Assembly: GCA_963770565.1 (NCBI GenBank)
Contig: CAVYQE010000001.1
Span: 224,001-288,000 of the forward strand
Reading direction: 5' to 3'
DNA length: 64,000 nt
From: an uncultured Actinomycetota bacterium
Lineage (GTDB): Bacteria; Actinomycetota; Actinomycetes; JAFAQI01
A program made the position numbers and the translations under genes. A model generated the notes under the pieces. That model searched no databases, was not told where the DNA came from, and saw nothing but the letters and a program-made list of their open reading frames with translations. Below, one piece after another: positions 1 through 11,515 of this stretch (position 1 is its first letter; the number at the start of each line of letters is the position of its first letter).

Positions 1-518
1 CCTCTGGCTGGCGACGCCATCGTCGTGCAAGTCACTCCCCACAAAGGGGAATGGGTCAAGCCGGGCGACACCGTGCTGCGGCTGGTCCGCATGGATCGTT
101 TGCGGGTCGAGGGCTTCTTGAATTCCGCCAAGTTCTCGCCGCAAGACGTCCGCGGCCGAAGAAGGTGACGATGACGGTTGACGTTGGCCCATCATGCCGA
201 ACCGGTCGAGTTCAAGGTCAGATCGTGTTCGTCAGCCCGTTGGACGAGGCGGGGAGCGAATATCGCGTCTGGGCCGAGGTGGAAAACCGGCACGATCCCC
301 GACGGCAAGAGGAATGGCTCCTCCGCCCCGGCGCGACGGCGACCATGACGATCGGCATACGAAGGGCGAGTGAGGGGCAGGGGTCGGGGGTCGGGGGTCG
401 GGGGTCAGGGCAGCGACGGGCCGGCGCAGTGCGCCGCACGTTCACGGATCCACCGCGCACTGACGCGCCGCCCGCTCCCTGCTCCCTGCTCCCTGCTCCC
501 GTGCTCGCCCGCTCCTGA
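1..518 (+). CDS. HlyD/RND periplasmic adaptor-like protein, 3' part (runs off window start, frameshifted)
   Basis: GEWVKPGDTVLRLVRMDRLRVEGF then GQIVFVSPLDEAGSEYRVWAEVEN..LLRPGATATMTI, typical of the membrane-fusion-protein beta-barrel. Confidence 0.7.
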   Translation, partial: SGWRRHRRASHSPQRGMGQAGRHRAAAGPHGSFAGRGLLEFRQVLAARRPRPKKVTMTVDVGPSCRTGRVQGQIVFVSPLDEAGSEYRVWAEVENRHDPRRQEEWLLRPGATATMTIGIRRASEGQGSGVGGRGSGQRRAGAVRRTFTDPPRTDAPPAPCSLLPAPVLARS

Positions 519-576
519 CCCCTCGCCCCCTACGACCCCTCGACCCCCGACCCCCGACCCCTGCTCCCCCCGGCCC

Positions 577-2843
577 GTGCCTACACTTGCCGACAGTCTG
601 CTCTCCAGTTCCGCCCGCCCGCTGGGATTGCGGATGCGGCCGGACCTGACGGCGCATCAGCAGCGCTATCAAGGGCGGCTCTATTGGGTGCTCAAGGATC
701 CGATCGGGCTGAACTATTTCCGCTTTCAGGAGGAAGAGTTCGCCCTGTTGAAAATGCTCGACGGCCAATCGAGCCTGGACGATCTCAAGCGGGGCTTCGA
801 GGAGCTGTTCGCCCCGCAGCAAATCAGCGTCGAGGAGTTGGGGCAGTTCGTCGGCATGTTGCACCGCAGCAATCTGGTGATTGCCGACATGCCCGGCCAG
901 GGTCGGCAACTGCTCAAGCGGCGCGGCGAGCGGAAGTGGCAGGAGTTTCTCGCGGCGATCTCGAATGTGCTGGCCGTTCGCTTCAAGGGGATCGATCCCG
1001 AGCGGATCTTGAATTGGCTCTATCCGCAAGCTGTGGTGGTTTTTCACGCGCACGGCGGTGGTGATCTGTTGCCTGTTGGCCCTGTCGGCGCTCTCGCTGG
1101 TGACGGTGCAGTTCGACCTGTTCTGGTCGAAGCTGCCGAGCTTCCACCAATTCTTCGCCGGGGAAACTGGCTCTGGCTGGCCGTGGCCGTGGCCGTGACC
1201 AAGATTTGCCATGAATTCGGGCACGGGCTGAGCTGCAAGCATTTCGGGGGCGAATGCCATGAATTGGGCTTCATGCTGCTCGTATTGACCCCTTGCTTGT
1301 ATTGCAACGTGTCGGACTCCTGGATGCTGCCGAACAAATGGCATCGGGCGGCGATCGGCGTGGCGGGGATGTATGTCGAGCTGGTGATTGCGTCGCTGGC
1401 CACCTTCGTCTGGTGGTTCAGCCAGCCGGGGTTCGAAAACGAAATGGCCCTGAACGTGATGTTCGTCTGCTCGGTGAGCACGGTGATCTTCAACGCCAAT
1501 CCGCTGTTGCGCTACGACGGCTATTACATCCTCGCCGACATCACCGAGATTCCCAATCTGCGGCAAAAGGCCACCACGATCCTGAGCCGCACGCTGGGCA
1601 CCTGGTGCCTGGGCATGGACGAGCCGGAAGACCCGTTCCTGCCGCAACGCAATCAGGTGTTCTTCGCGTTGTATTCGGTCGCCTCGGCCCTCTATACTTG
1701 GTTTATCACCTTCTCGATTCTGATCTTCCTGCAAAAAGTGTTCGAGCCGTATGGCTTGCAGGTCATCGGGCAGATCATCGGCATGGCGGCGATCGGCGGC
1801 CTCGTGATCCGGCCGCTCTGGCAGCTTGGCAATTACTTCTGGGTTCCCGGACGGTTGGAACAAGTGAAAAAAGAACGATTCCGAATCACGGTGGCGGTGG
1901 TCGGCGCGGCGATCCTGGCGTTTCTGTTTCTGCCGCTGCCCTATCACATCATTTGCACGCTCGACGTCGAAGCTCAGGACGCCAAAAAGGTGTTCGTCGA
2001 GGTGCCCGGCTCGTTGGTCGAGTTGTGCGTTCATGCCGGGCAACACGTCGAGCAGGGCCAAGTGCTGGCCCGGCTGCGGAATATGGACATCAAGCTCGCG
2101 GTGGCCGATCTCACCGCCCGCCGCGATCAATTGCAATCGCAATTGCAAAGCCTCGAAGCGCGAACGGCACGACGATCCGCAAACGGGGCTCGAGATTCCG
2201 CACGTGCTGGACTCGCTCTCCGCCGTGACCGATCAATTGGCCGACAAGCAGCGCGACTTGGCCGACCTCGAGCTGCGGGCCCCCATCGCCGGGTTCGTCA
2301 TTCCGCCCGAGCCCGTGCCCGCCCAGCCGCACAACCGCGGAAACGAGCGGCTGCCAACCTGGTCGGGCACGCCGCTGGAAACGAAAAACATCGGCGCCTA
2401 TTTGAAGCCCGGCGTCACCTTCTGCCAAATCGGCGATCCCAAGAAGATGCAAGCCAACTTGGTGATCGATCAATCCGACATCAACTTGGTCGTGGCCCGC
2501 AATGGAAAAAAGCCCGGCTCGGCCGTCGTCGTCAAGCTCGATGAACTCCCGAGCGACACTTTCAAGACGGAAATCGTCGCCATTTCGAATTACGAGCTGC
2601 AAGCCAGCCCGCGCGAGCTGAGCCACAAGACGGGCGGCGATCTGCAAACGAAAACCGACCCGACCTCGGGCGTCGAGCGCCCTCTGAATGCCTCCTATCA
2701 GGCGCATCGCTCCGCTCGACAACGATCAAGAACTGCTCGTCGTCGGCCTCCGCGGGCGAGCACGGGTCGCATCGCATCATTGGATCAGCCTCGGCAACCG
2801 CGTCTGGCGGTGGTTCGGCCAGACGTTCCATTTCCGAATCTGA
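577..2843 (+). CDS. Site-2 protease (M50)-HlyD fusion membrane protein (frameshifted)
   Basis: HEFGH zinc motif, FNANPLLRYDGYY motif, several TM segments, C-terminal lipoyl/HlyD-like part in the shifted frame; GTG 577, TGA 2841-2843. Confidence 0.8.
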
Positions 2844-2995
2844 GCCTGGCAGCTTACGCATTTCCCCCGCCTTTTCAGGATTGCGAACAATCTCGCGCGG
2901 ATTTTCCTGGCGCGGAAGATCGAATCAACTGGGCAGGTCCGGTTTGCCGATCAAGGGGACTGGATAAACTTTGAGGTCGCCCGGCACGGCCGACC

Positions 2996-3070
2996 GGCAT
3001 GGATGGCCGGCATCGCCGCCTGGCATGGATGGCCGCCCGGCATGGATGGCCGCCCGGCATGGATGGCCGC
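2996..3070. repeat. Short tandem repeat, unit about 17 bp GGCATGGATGGCCGCCC, about 4 copies
   Basis: Seen directly in the sequence. Confidence 0.8.
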
Positions 3071-3167
3071 GCGGTATGGCGGACGAAACGCCGTTTCGCG
3101 GCGGCCGGACTAGTCTCGGGCAGCGCCGCCGCGCCGCCTCGATTTGCGCTTTCGAAGGTCATCGCCG

Positions 3168-4625
3168 ATGCCCCGTCGCCATGACTCGCCCGCCAACCGG
3201 ACCGCTGCCAAAGGCAACGATCGGTCCGCTACCAACGGCGCAGACCGGCCGGCAGCCAGCGGCGCAGACCGGCCCGCTGCCAAACTCCAGACGCGGATCG
3301 ATCCGCCCCACCGATTGGCCGCGGTGCCCGAACCGATCGACGTTGTCCGCAACGAGCCGGTCGAGATCGTCGGCGCGAGCGAACCGACGCCAAATGCAGC
3401 GGCGCCGAGGGAAGCGCTGCCGCCCGAGACGGCGCTCGACAACCAGGCGGCCAATGAGTCGGCGGCCGGCGGCGCATCGGCCCCGCGGGCGGCCGAACAG
3501 CGTCAGCTTCAGGCGGAACAACTGGCGGCCTATTTGCAGGCCCAGCAGGAGCAACTCGATCGCCGCGAGGCCGATCTGCATGCCCAAACGGCCCAGCAGG
3601 AAAACGGCGCCCGCGGCGCGCGGCTCTGGTTTCGCGAGCGTCAACAAGAGCTTTCCGAGCGCGAAGCGGACCTCGTTCGCCGCGAGCGCGAGTTCGACGA
3701 AAGCGGCGGCAAGACCTCGCGCAAGGCGAGACCCGCCTGGCCGAGCGCGCGACGCGGCCCAAGCCGATGAGCGGCGGCAACAGGAAACCTCGCCGCCCGG
3801 CAGCGCGAGCTGGACGGGCGGCAAAAGGCCCTCGATGGGCAAGATGCGGAAAATGCCGCGATTGCCGCCGCGCTGGCCCGTTCGGCAGCCGAGCAAGAGC
3901 AATTCAACGACCGCCTCCGCGCACGCCAGCGGAATCTCGAAGAGGCGGAGATATTGCTCGCCGACGGCCAAGCGGAACTCGAAGAAAATCGCCGCCGCTT
4001 GGAGGCCGACCGGCTCGACGCCCAGCAGCGCACCGCCGCCGAGCGGCAAGCCGCGGCCGCAGCCCAAGCGCGAATCGAAGCCGACTGGGAAAAGCGATCG
4101 CATGTGATCAAAAGTCGGGCCGAGCATCTCGAACGCCGGGCGGCGGCCCTCGATCAACTCCGCGTCGAGGTGCTGCGCACTCAACGCGAGACGCTCGAAT
4201 TGCGGCTGGCCACCGATGAACTCTGGGCCCAGATGATCGGCGCCGCTCCCCCCGCCGCGCTGAGCCAATCGCTGGCCCGCATCCGCGGCCAGCTTGCCGA
4301 GCAATATCAGGCGGAGCGGGCCGAAATCGCCGGCCGGCAACAGGGCCTGGAAATGGCCGCCGCCCGCCTCGACGAACAACGCCAGCGGCTGGCCCAGCAG
4401 AAGCACGAGCTCGAGAAATGGGCCGCCGATCGGCAGGCCGACGTCGCGGGCCAAGCCGCGCGGCTGGCCGCCCGCGAACAGCAACTCGATCGGCAGCAAG
4501 CCGAATGGGAGCGGCTGCGCTGGCAGCACGCCACCGATCGGCGTGCCTACGAGCAGGAAATCCGCCGCTTGCTGGGCCAATTGCGCCGCGAAAGCGGCCC
4601 CGACTCGGCCCCCCGCGCCGCGTAG
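3168..4625 (+). CDS. Coiled-coil hypothetical protein (frameshifted, start uncertain)
   Basis: Long E/Q/R/A-rich heptad stretches across ORFs 3144..3770 and 3954..4625. Confidence 0.6.
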
Positions 4626-4724
4626 CAGGCGCCAAGCCCCGACGCGACGACTTCCTCGCTAGCGCGTCGGGCTAGTGTCCGAGGCACTCCGGTGTTCAGG
4701 CCTGCATTTTCATCAGTGCCGTCG

Positions 4725-5271
4725 TCAGCCGCGCGCCAGCTTCTTGATGGCCGCTTGCAGACCAGGATCCTTCAAACTCCCGTCCGGCTCGAAGGCTTCA
4801 TGAGCCTTCGCGATCGCCACCTGATCCGGCAGGATAAAGACGCCGATATTGCCCAAAATCGCCCGCACGTGAACCAGCCCGCGCAAGCCTCCCAAGCCGC
4901 TGGGCGAAGCGCTCATCAAGACCGCCAGCTTGTCCGTAAAGCAATTCAGCGGCGGCTGATCGGGAACCGGCCGCGACACCCAATCGATCAGATTTTTCAA
5001 CGCGGACGAGATCGAGCTGTTATGCTCGGGCGACGAAATCATCAAGCCCTGGTGGGCCAGAAAAATGTCTTTGAGCGTTCGGGCATTGGCGGGCAATCCC
5101 TCGGCCGCCTCCAGATCGCCGTCGTACAGAGGCAACGGATAATCGCGCAGGTTGACGATCGTCACTTCCGCACCCGCCTCGCGTGCCGGCGGCCGCGATC
5201 CGCACGAGTCTCTTGTTGAACGATTGCGTCCGCGCGCTGCCGGCGATAGCGAGGATTTTCGGCGTGGCCAT
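4725..5271 (-). CDS. NADPH-dependent FMN reductase
   Basis: KILAIAGSARTQSFNKRL, SPEHNSSISSALKNLIDWVSR, SASPSGLGGLRG motifs; one frameshift. Confidence 0.9.
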
Positions 5272-5466
5272 GAATGGTCTCGGGCTGGGTTAGCGATGTC
5301 AGCTTCGACGCCGTGTTTCAGTTTCACGGCTTTGCCGCCAAAATGCAATACGCTTGGCGGGACGGAGTCGCTCCGAAACGCGACGCGCCGTAGGGCGGCT
5401 CTCCCGAGCCGCCCGAGCCGTAGCATGGCTCTCCCGCATTGCATCGACCATGAAAGCGCACATGAG

Positions 5467-5599
5467 GAGCCTGTCCAAGAACCAACCGTGGCGAGGGGGA
5501 TGCTCGTCGTGAAAGGGGTCGGGAGTCGATTTCGCCGGCTGAACGACCTGGAGCGCGAACCGGCGTCATGGCCAAATCGACTCCCGACCCCTTTTGGCA
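5467..5599. mobile_element. Partial copy of MITE family A (GAGCCTGTCCAAGAACC end plus inner GGGGTCGGGAGTCGATTT palindrome)
   Basis: Homologous to copies at 9787-9921, 9926-10092, 30778-30950 and 49274-49443. Confidence 0.75.
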
Positions 5600-5702
5600 T
5601 GCGTCGAGTTTAACCGCATTTCCGGAGCTATTCCGCTCCAAGGTGCGCTGTCGCACTGCAAGACGGCTCGGGAGAGCCGTCCTACAATCGAGTGCCGCTG
5701 CG

Positions 5703-7217
5703 TCATGGCGATCGTGACGACGCGGTCACCGGCATCCGCCGATAAAGGCGATAGCGCGACATCGCGGTCGGCACCTCCACATATCCGGACGGAAACGTTC
5801 GCGCATCGGCCCGCCCGACGAGATAGAGCTGCGGCTGGGGGATGCTCTCCGCGCCGAGGAAATCCCAGCGGGCCAGATAGTTTTTCAGCGGATAGTCGGT
5901 CGCCAAATCCTCGGTGAGCGCGACGAATCCCGATTTCGGAAAGATCCGGCCCAAAACGAGCACGTCGTGATACACGTCCTTGTCGCGGCGCGGCCGGCCG
6001 GCGAACAGACACGATGCGAGGGCCAGCAAAGCCACTGCCGCCGCCGACCCGACGCGGAGCGATCGATGCCGCCGACCGATCGCGGGCTGCCCGTCGCGCG
6101 CCGCCAACAACTCGACAACCGCCGGGCGCACCAGGCCGCCAGCGCGAGCATATAGAAAGGATACGAGGGGAATGCGTAGTGCCCCGATTGCTTCGGACTG
6201 ACTATGATCGGCATCGAAGCGCAAAGCCCCATCGCCAGGCCGAACAAGATCAGGCCGCGATCCCCCCGCGGCGGCGCGGCCGATTCCGCCGGCGCCGTCG
6301 ATTCGCCGCGAACATCATTGCGGCGGCTCAACCACATCAAAGCGGCGGCCACCGCGGCGGGAAAGAGCAACTCCGTGGCGACCTTCCAAACGATTGCCAA
6401 GCGGCCCAGCAGCGAGCCGACCATCTCGCGCTGGCCGCGCAAGCTGGCGAGCAGTTGCACATGCAGATATCGATCGAAATACGCCCACGCCCCAGGTAGC
6501 CGGCAGATCGCGAATAGCGCCCCGGCGACCAGCGCCGCCAGCGCCGCGCATTGCGCAACCGCCCGGCCGACCGGCTGATTCCGCAATGCCCACCAAGCGA
6601 CCAGCGGAGTGACCAACGGATAGAGCCCGACCGGTCCCTTGCTGAGCACGGCCGCCGCCACGGCAGCCGCCGCGGCCATCACCCAAGCCGGCGCCGGCGC
6701 CCCCCCTCGCCGGCCCGCAGCAACGCATACACGGCCGCGACCGCAAACAGCCCCAGCGTGTTTTCCAACATGTTGTTGCCATACATCCAGCCCCAGCCGG
6801 GCAGGATCACCCACAAAGCGACCGGCAGCCAATCACACTCCGCCAGACCCTCTCGCCCGCGCACCAATCGCCGCCAGACCGCTGCAATCAGCCCGGCCGT
6901 TATCAGGCCGGTCGCCGCGGAGAACAGCTTTTCGACCCAAAAATGATCGCCGAAAATGCGGAAGAAAAACGATTCGAGCAGGAATCCCAGCGTCGGCTGC
7001 TCGTGATAGCCGGAGTAATCCGTCGCCAAGAAGACAGGATGCCAAACGTCGCCGATCCCCAGCGCCATGTTGGCGCGATCGTCGCATGGGTCACGCCGTC
7101 GAAAAACATGCCCGGCTGCACCAGCCCCGGCAACAGGCGAAACGCGATCAACGCGACCGTCAGCAGCCAACCGGTGACAACCAGCGGCGCGCGGCGAGAA
7201 CGTGAAAGAGCAGCCAT
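5703..7217 (-). CDS. ArnT/PMT-like (GT39/GT83) membrane glycosyltransferase (frameshifted)
   Basis: PGMFFDGVTHATI, YHEQPTLGFLLES, LSKGPVGLYP motifs; many TM helices. Confidence 0.75.
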
Positions 7218-7452
7218 CCCCGGAAATCCTTTTCCAACAGGCCCTGGCCGCTTTGTCTTCGGCGGCACGCGAGCCGGGATTATCGGGCCCAGCGGCAGAG
7301 CGGGTCAAGATGAATCGGAGGAATCCCCCCACCGGACGACTCGACAAATCGCCGGCTCGGGCTCGTCTTTCCGGAAACGGCGTTGGATGGCTATCATAAA
7401 GAGCACGAGTTCGAACCTCCCAACCATGGCTTCCCGAACACGCGGCCCGCGC

Positions 7453-7968
7453 ATGGCGTTGCTCATCGACGGATACAATCTGCTCAATGCGGTCAGCATT
7501 CTGGGACGCGGCCGCGGTCCGGGCGGACTGCAACGCGCGCGGGAAGCGATGCTCAATGTCTTGGCCGAGTCGATCCCACCCGACGAGGTGCCACGAACCA
7601 TCGTCGTGTTCGACGCTTCGGAATCGCCCTGGGGCTCGGCCAGGGCGCTGCTGCACAAAGGGCTCCGCGTCCAATTCGCCCCGCGACGCCGATGCCGATA
7701 CCCTGATCGAGGAATTGATCCTCGCCGATTCGGCCCCCAAGCGGCTGACGGTCGTTTCCAGCGACCACCGGTTGCAACGGGCCGCCCATCGCCGCAAAGC
7801 CACCGCGGTGGACAGCGACATCTGGTTCGCCCAACTCATGCGCGACCGCCACGCGCGCTCGATGCGCAACCCGAGACGAACGTCAAACCCGAAGGCCCCT
7901 TCTCCCCCGGCGAAGTCGAATTCTGGCTGAAACAATTCGGCGCAGGAGGAGGAGTAGCCGCAGCCTAG
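7453..7968 (+). CDS. NYN domain (YacP-like) protein
   Basis: LLIDGYNLL, TIVVFDA, DADTLIEELI, LTVVSSDHRLQRAA motifs. Confidence 0.85.
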   Translation: MALLIDGYNLLNAVSILGRGRGPGGLQRAREAMLNVLAESIPPDEVPRTIVVFDASESPWGSARALLHKGLRVQFAPRRRCRYPDRGIDPRRFGPQAADGRFQRPPVATGRPSPQSHRGGQRHLVRPTHARPPRALDAQPETNVKPEGPFSPGEVEFWLKQFGAGGGVAAA

Positions 7969-8052
7969 GCTGTGAAAAATGCTCGATTCGTTGCGCAGTG
8001 CTCGCACAATTCCGACTCCGAGGTGGCACGAAATTCATCCCGATAGGGATGG
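7966..8052. mobile_element. Partial copy of MITE family B
   Basis: TAGGCTGTGAAAAATG end and internal CAATTCCGACTCCGAGGTGGCACGAAATTCATCCCGATAGGGATGG shared (reverse complement) with 31679-31945. Confidence 0.7.
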
Positions 8053-8182
8053 CAGACATTAGCCGGCGGTTGAGGCCGCAGGCCGACACCGCCGGTATCG
8101 GAACGCGAAAACTTTTCTTCGACCCCGGTAGGGGTCGCAGAGCGCTACTACGCGATGTTGCCGGCAGGTTCTCGGATTGGCT

Positions 8183-9478
8183 CTAAACGAATTTCGCCAG
8201 CGCCTTGTCGGAAATATCCTTCCGGCACCAGGCGCCGTCCCAGCGGATTGGCTTGACGGCCGTGTAGGCGTGGAGCTTGGCGGCCGAGATCGTCGTGCCC
8301 AGCGCCGTCACGGCCAGCACGCGGCCGCCGTTGGTGACGACCTGGCCGTCGAGCCGTGCGCCGTGCCGGCGTGAAACACCTTGACGTCGGGCAGCCTTGG
8401 CCGCTTCGTCCAGCCCGCGAATCGGCTTGCCCGCGCTCGTATTTGCCGGGATAGCCCTCGCTGGCCATGACGACGCACACCGCCGGACGCGGATCCCATT
8501 CCGGCGGCGTCGATCGATCGAGCCGCCCGTCGACCGTCGCCTCCAGCACATCGAGCAGGTCGCTCTTCAACCGCATCAAGAGCGGCTGGCACTCGGGATC
8601 GCCGAAACGCACGTTGTATTCCAGCACCTTCGGCCCTTGATTGGTCATCATCAGCCCGGCATAGAGCACGCCGCGGAACGGCCGCCGCGACCGCTTCATC
8701 GCATGAACGGTCGGCACCAGCACGTGCTCTTCGATCCGGCGCAGCATCGGCGTCGTCGACCAGCGGCGTCGGGCAATAGGCGCCCATGCCGCCGGTGTTC
8801 GGACCGGTGTCGCCGTCGAAGGCCGTCTTGTGATCCTGGGCCGGCGGGCAGCGTGACGATCGTCTGGCCGTCGGTGATCGCCAGCACGCTGGCTTCCTGC
8901 GCCGTCGAGCCGCTCTTCGATCACGATCTGGTTGCCGGCGTCGCCGAACTCGCGGTCGCGGCCGATGCGCTCGACGGCCTCCAGCGCCTCGGCGCGGCCC
9001 GAGCAAACGATCACGCCCTTGCCGGCCGCCAGGCCGTCGGCCTTGACGACCACCGGCACGTCCTCGCGATCGTTGACGAAACGTGACGGCGCGGTCCGCG
9101 TCGCGAAACACGCTGATAGTCGGCCGTCGGCACGTCGGCATGCCGCAGCAGGTTCTTGCAAAAGACCTTGCTCCCTTCCAGTTCGGCGGCGGCCTTGCTC
9201 GGGCCGAAAACGCGCAGCTTCTCCGCGGCAAAGGCATCGACGATGCCCGCCGTCAGCGGCGCCTCGGGCCCGACGACGGTCAGGCCGACCTTGTTTTGCT
9301 TGGCGAACTTGATGAGCCGCGGAAAGTCGGTCGGCGGCAGATGTCGACATTCTCGGCGTCGGCTGCCGTGCCCGCGTTGCCCGGCGCGACGAAAACGCGC
9401 TCGACCCGCGGGCTTGGCCTTGAATTTCCAAGCCAGCGCATGCTCGCGCCCGCCGCTGCCGATCACAAGCACGTTCAT
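8183..9478 (-). CDS. purD: Phosphoribosylamine--glycine ligase (frameshifted)
   Basis: [59 protein letters not shown]. Confidence 0.95.
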
Positions 9479-9786
9479 GGTTGTTCGCCCCCAGGAGTCG
9501 AAAAACGAAACAGATCACGCCGGCCCCGGCAGCATTCGTGCCCGCCCCGACGCCGCCACGCGAAACGATGCCGAACGCGCGACCCTCGATCGACGCCACG
9601 CCGCGGGCCGATCGGCCGCAAACCGAACCCGCAAAACCCTCCTCATTCTTCCCGCGGCACGCCATTTTGGCAATGACAGCTTTGACGAGGGCGTGGCAAG
9701 TCTGCTTGGCGCGGGTCGTGCCACTGCTTGGCGGCTGCCATCGGCGGCCATGTTCCACCAGAAATCACGGCCGCCGCGCGGGGCTC

Positions 9787-10092
9787 CTCGCCGCGAAAGG
9801 GGTCGGGAGTCGATTTCGCCCGCTGAACGATCCATAGTGCGAACCGACATCATGGCGAAATCGACTCCCGATCCCCTTTGGGCAACGCCGCCGGAAGATA
9901 AGCCGGTTCTCGAACAGGCTCTTAGGAGCCTGTCCGAGAACCGGCCAAAATCTCCATACTAGCCCGACGCGCTAGCGAGGGCGTATCGGCGACGACTCCC
10001 TCGCTGGCGCATTGGGCTAGTATGCGCCGAAATCGACTCCCGACCCCCTTTAGGCAACGCCCCCGGAAGATAAGCCGGTTCTCGAACAGGCT
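9787..10092. mobile_element. Two abutting MITE family A copies; the second carries a different REP (TAGCCCGACGCGCTAGCGAGG..CCTCGCTGGCGCATTGGGCTAG)
   Basis: Ends GGTTCTCGAACAGGCTC-TTAG-GAGCCTGTCCGAGAACC; inner palindromes seen directly. Confidence 0.75.
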
Positions 10093-10151
10093 CCTGGGGC
10101 ATCGACAACCGCGGCCCTGCAAGCAATGGCACGAACTGCCGAGACTGCGAT

Positions 10152-11203
10152 TCACTGCATCGCATGGATCGCCGCCACGACTTCATCGCGCGCTTGGCCG
10201 AGCTTCGCCCCGTCGAACTCGCAACAGCGGCCCGCGCCATTGCTCGGCGATCAAGCCGCGCAATAGCTCCCCTCGGCGGCCGGCGGTCCCGGCAGCGGCG
10301 ATTCCGGCCTCATCGGCCGACGGCGGACGCTAGGCATCAACGACATGATCGACACCGGCGCGGTTCCCGGCGGGTCGATGACCACGAGCAATTTCGGCTC
10401 GGAAACCGACGTCGCCAATTCGCGGAACCGATCGACCCATTCTCGTATCCGCTCGACGCCGCCCATCAGCGGAATGCCCACTTCGCCAAACCAGTAATCG
10501 CTGATCACCATGAATGCGTCCGACGTCCAGCCCATCATGCCGATCGGGTGCGCCCGCCGCTCCAGCAGATCGACCGGATTCTGGCCGGATCGCCTGAAAT
10601 GCTCGGCGATCGAACCGAAATCCAAGTCGAACGGCTCGGGGGCGCAAATCGCCGCCCCGCCACCGCCGCGGCCACGGCGGTCGCCAAGGCGGTTCGCTCG
10701 GCGGCCCTCACGCCCGTAACCGCCGCGACATACGGCCCTCTCGTGCGGACTCGCCTGCACAGCTCGTCGATCGTCGCTCCGATCGTCGGATGCATCATGC
10801 CGGGGGCGATCTCCGCGGCCGGCTCGAGCACAAAGCGGCGGAACGACATCCGCGGGTGGGGCACGACGAGATTCGGTGTGTCGATCACTTCCTGTTCGTA
10901 GAGGAGCAAGTCGAGATCGAGCGTTCGCGGCCCCCACCGCTCGTCGCGGGTTCGCCCGGCGGCGGCCTCGATCTGCTCGAGCGCGGCGAACAGCGCCTCG
11001 GGCGCGAGCGACGTGTCGACGCGCACCGCGCCATTGAGAAACTCCCCTTGCCCCGCCGACCCGCCGACGGGCCGCGTGGCTCGCCAGGAACTTCGGCACA
11101 CGAAACGGCTCTCCGGCAGCAACCTCAACCGCGCGACGGCCTCGCCGAGCGTCCGCGCGCGGTCGCCGAGATTCGAGCCCAAAGCAATCAGCGCGGCGGC
11201 CAT
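10152..11203 (-). CDS. folK: HPPK with C-terminal extension (frameshifted)
   Basis: ALIALGSNLGDR, FLNGAV, ERWGPRTLDLDLLLY, VPHPRMSFRRFVLEP. Confidence 0.9.
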
Positions 11204-11284
11204 AACAAGCAATGGCGAGAGGTGAAACGAGCAAACCCAGCCGCTTGAGTCTACCGCGCACCCCCCGCCCCCCGCGACGCCCCA

Positions 11285-11515
11285 CCCCGCGCTCCGCTCT
11301 CTGCTCTCCGCTCTTCGCTCTTCGCTCTCGGCCGTGCCGCCCGCCAATGTAGCCGGCACGCTCCGCCGTGCCGCAGCCAATGTAGCAGCCACGCTTCGCC
11401 GTGCGCCCGCTAGCTCAATGTAGCAGCCACGCTCCGCCGTGCCGTAGCCAATGTAGCAGCCACACTCCGCCGTGCCGCCCGCCCCTCTCCGCTCTCCGCT
11501 CTCTGCTCTCCGCTC
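11285..11515. repeat. Heptamer (GCTCTCC-like) runs flanking about 4 copies of a 30-33 bp unit (GTAGCAGCCACGCTCCGCCGTGCCG)
   Basis: Seen directly in the sequence. Confidence 0.7.
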
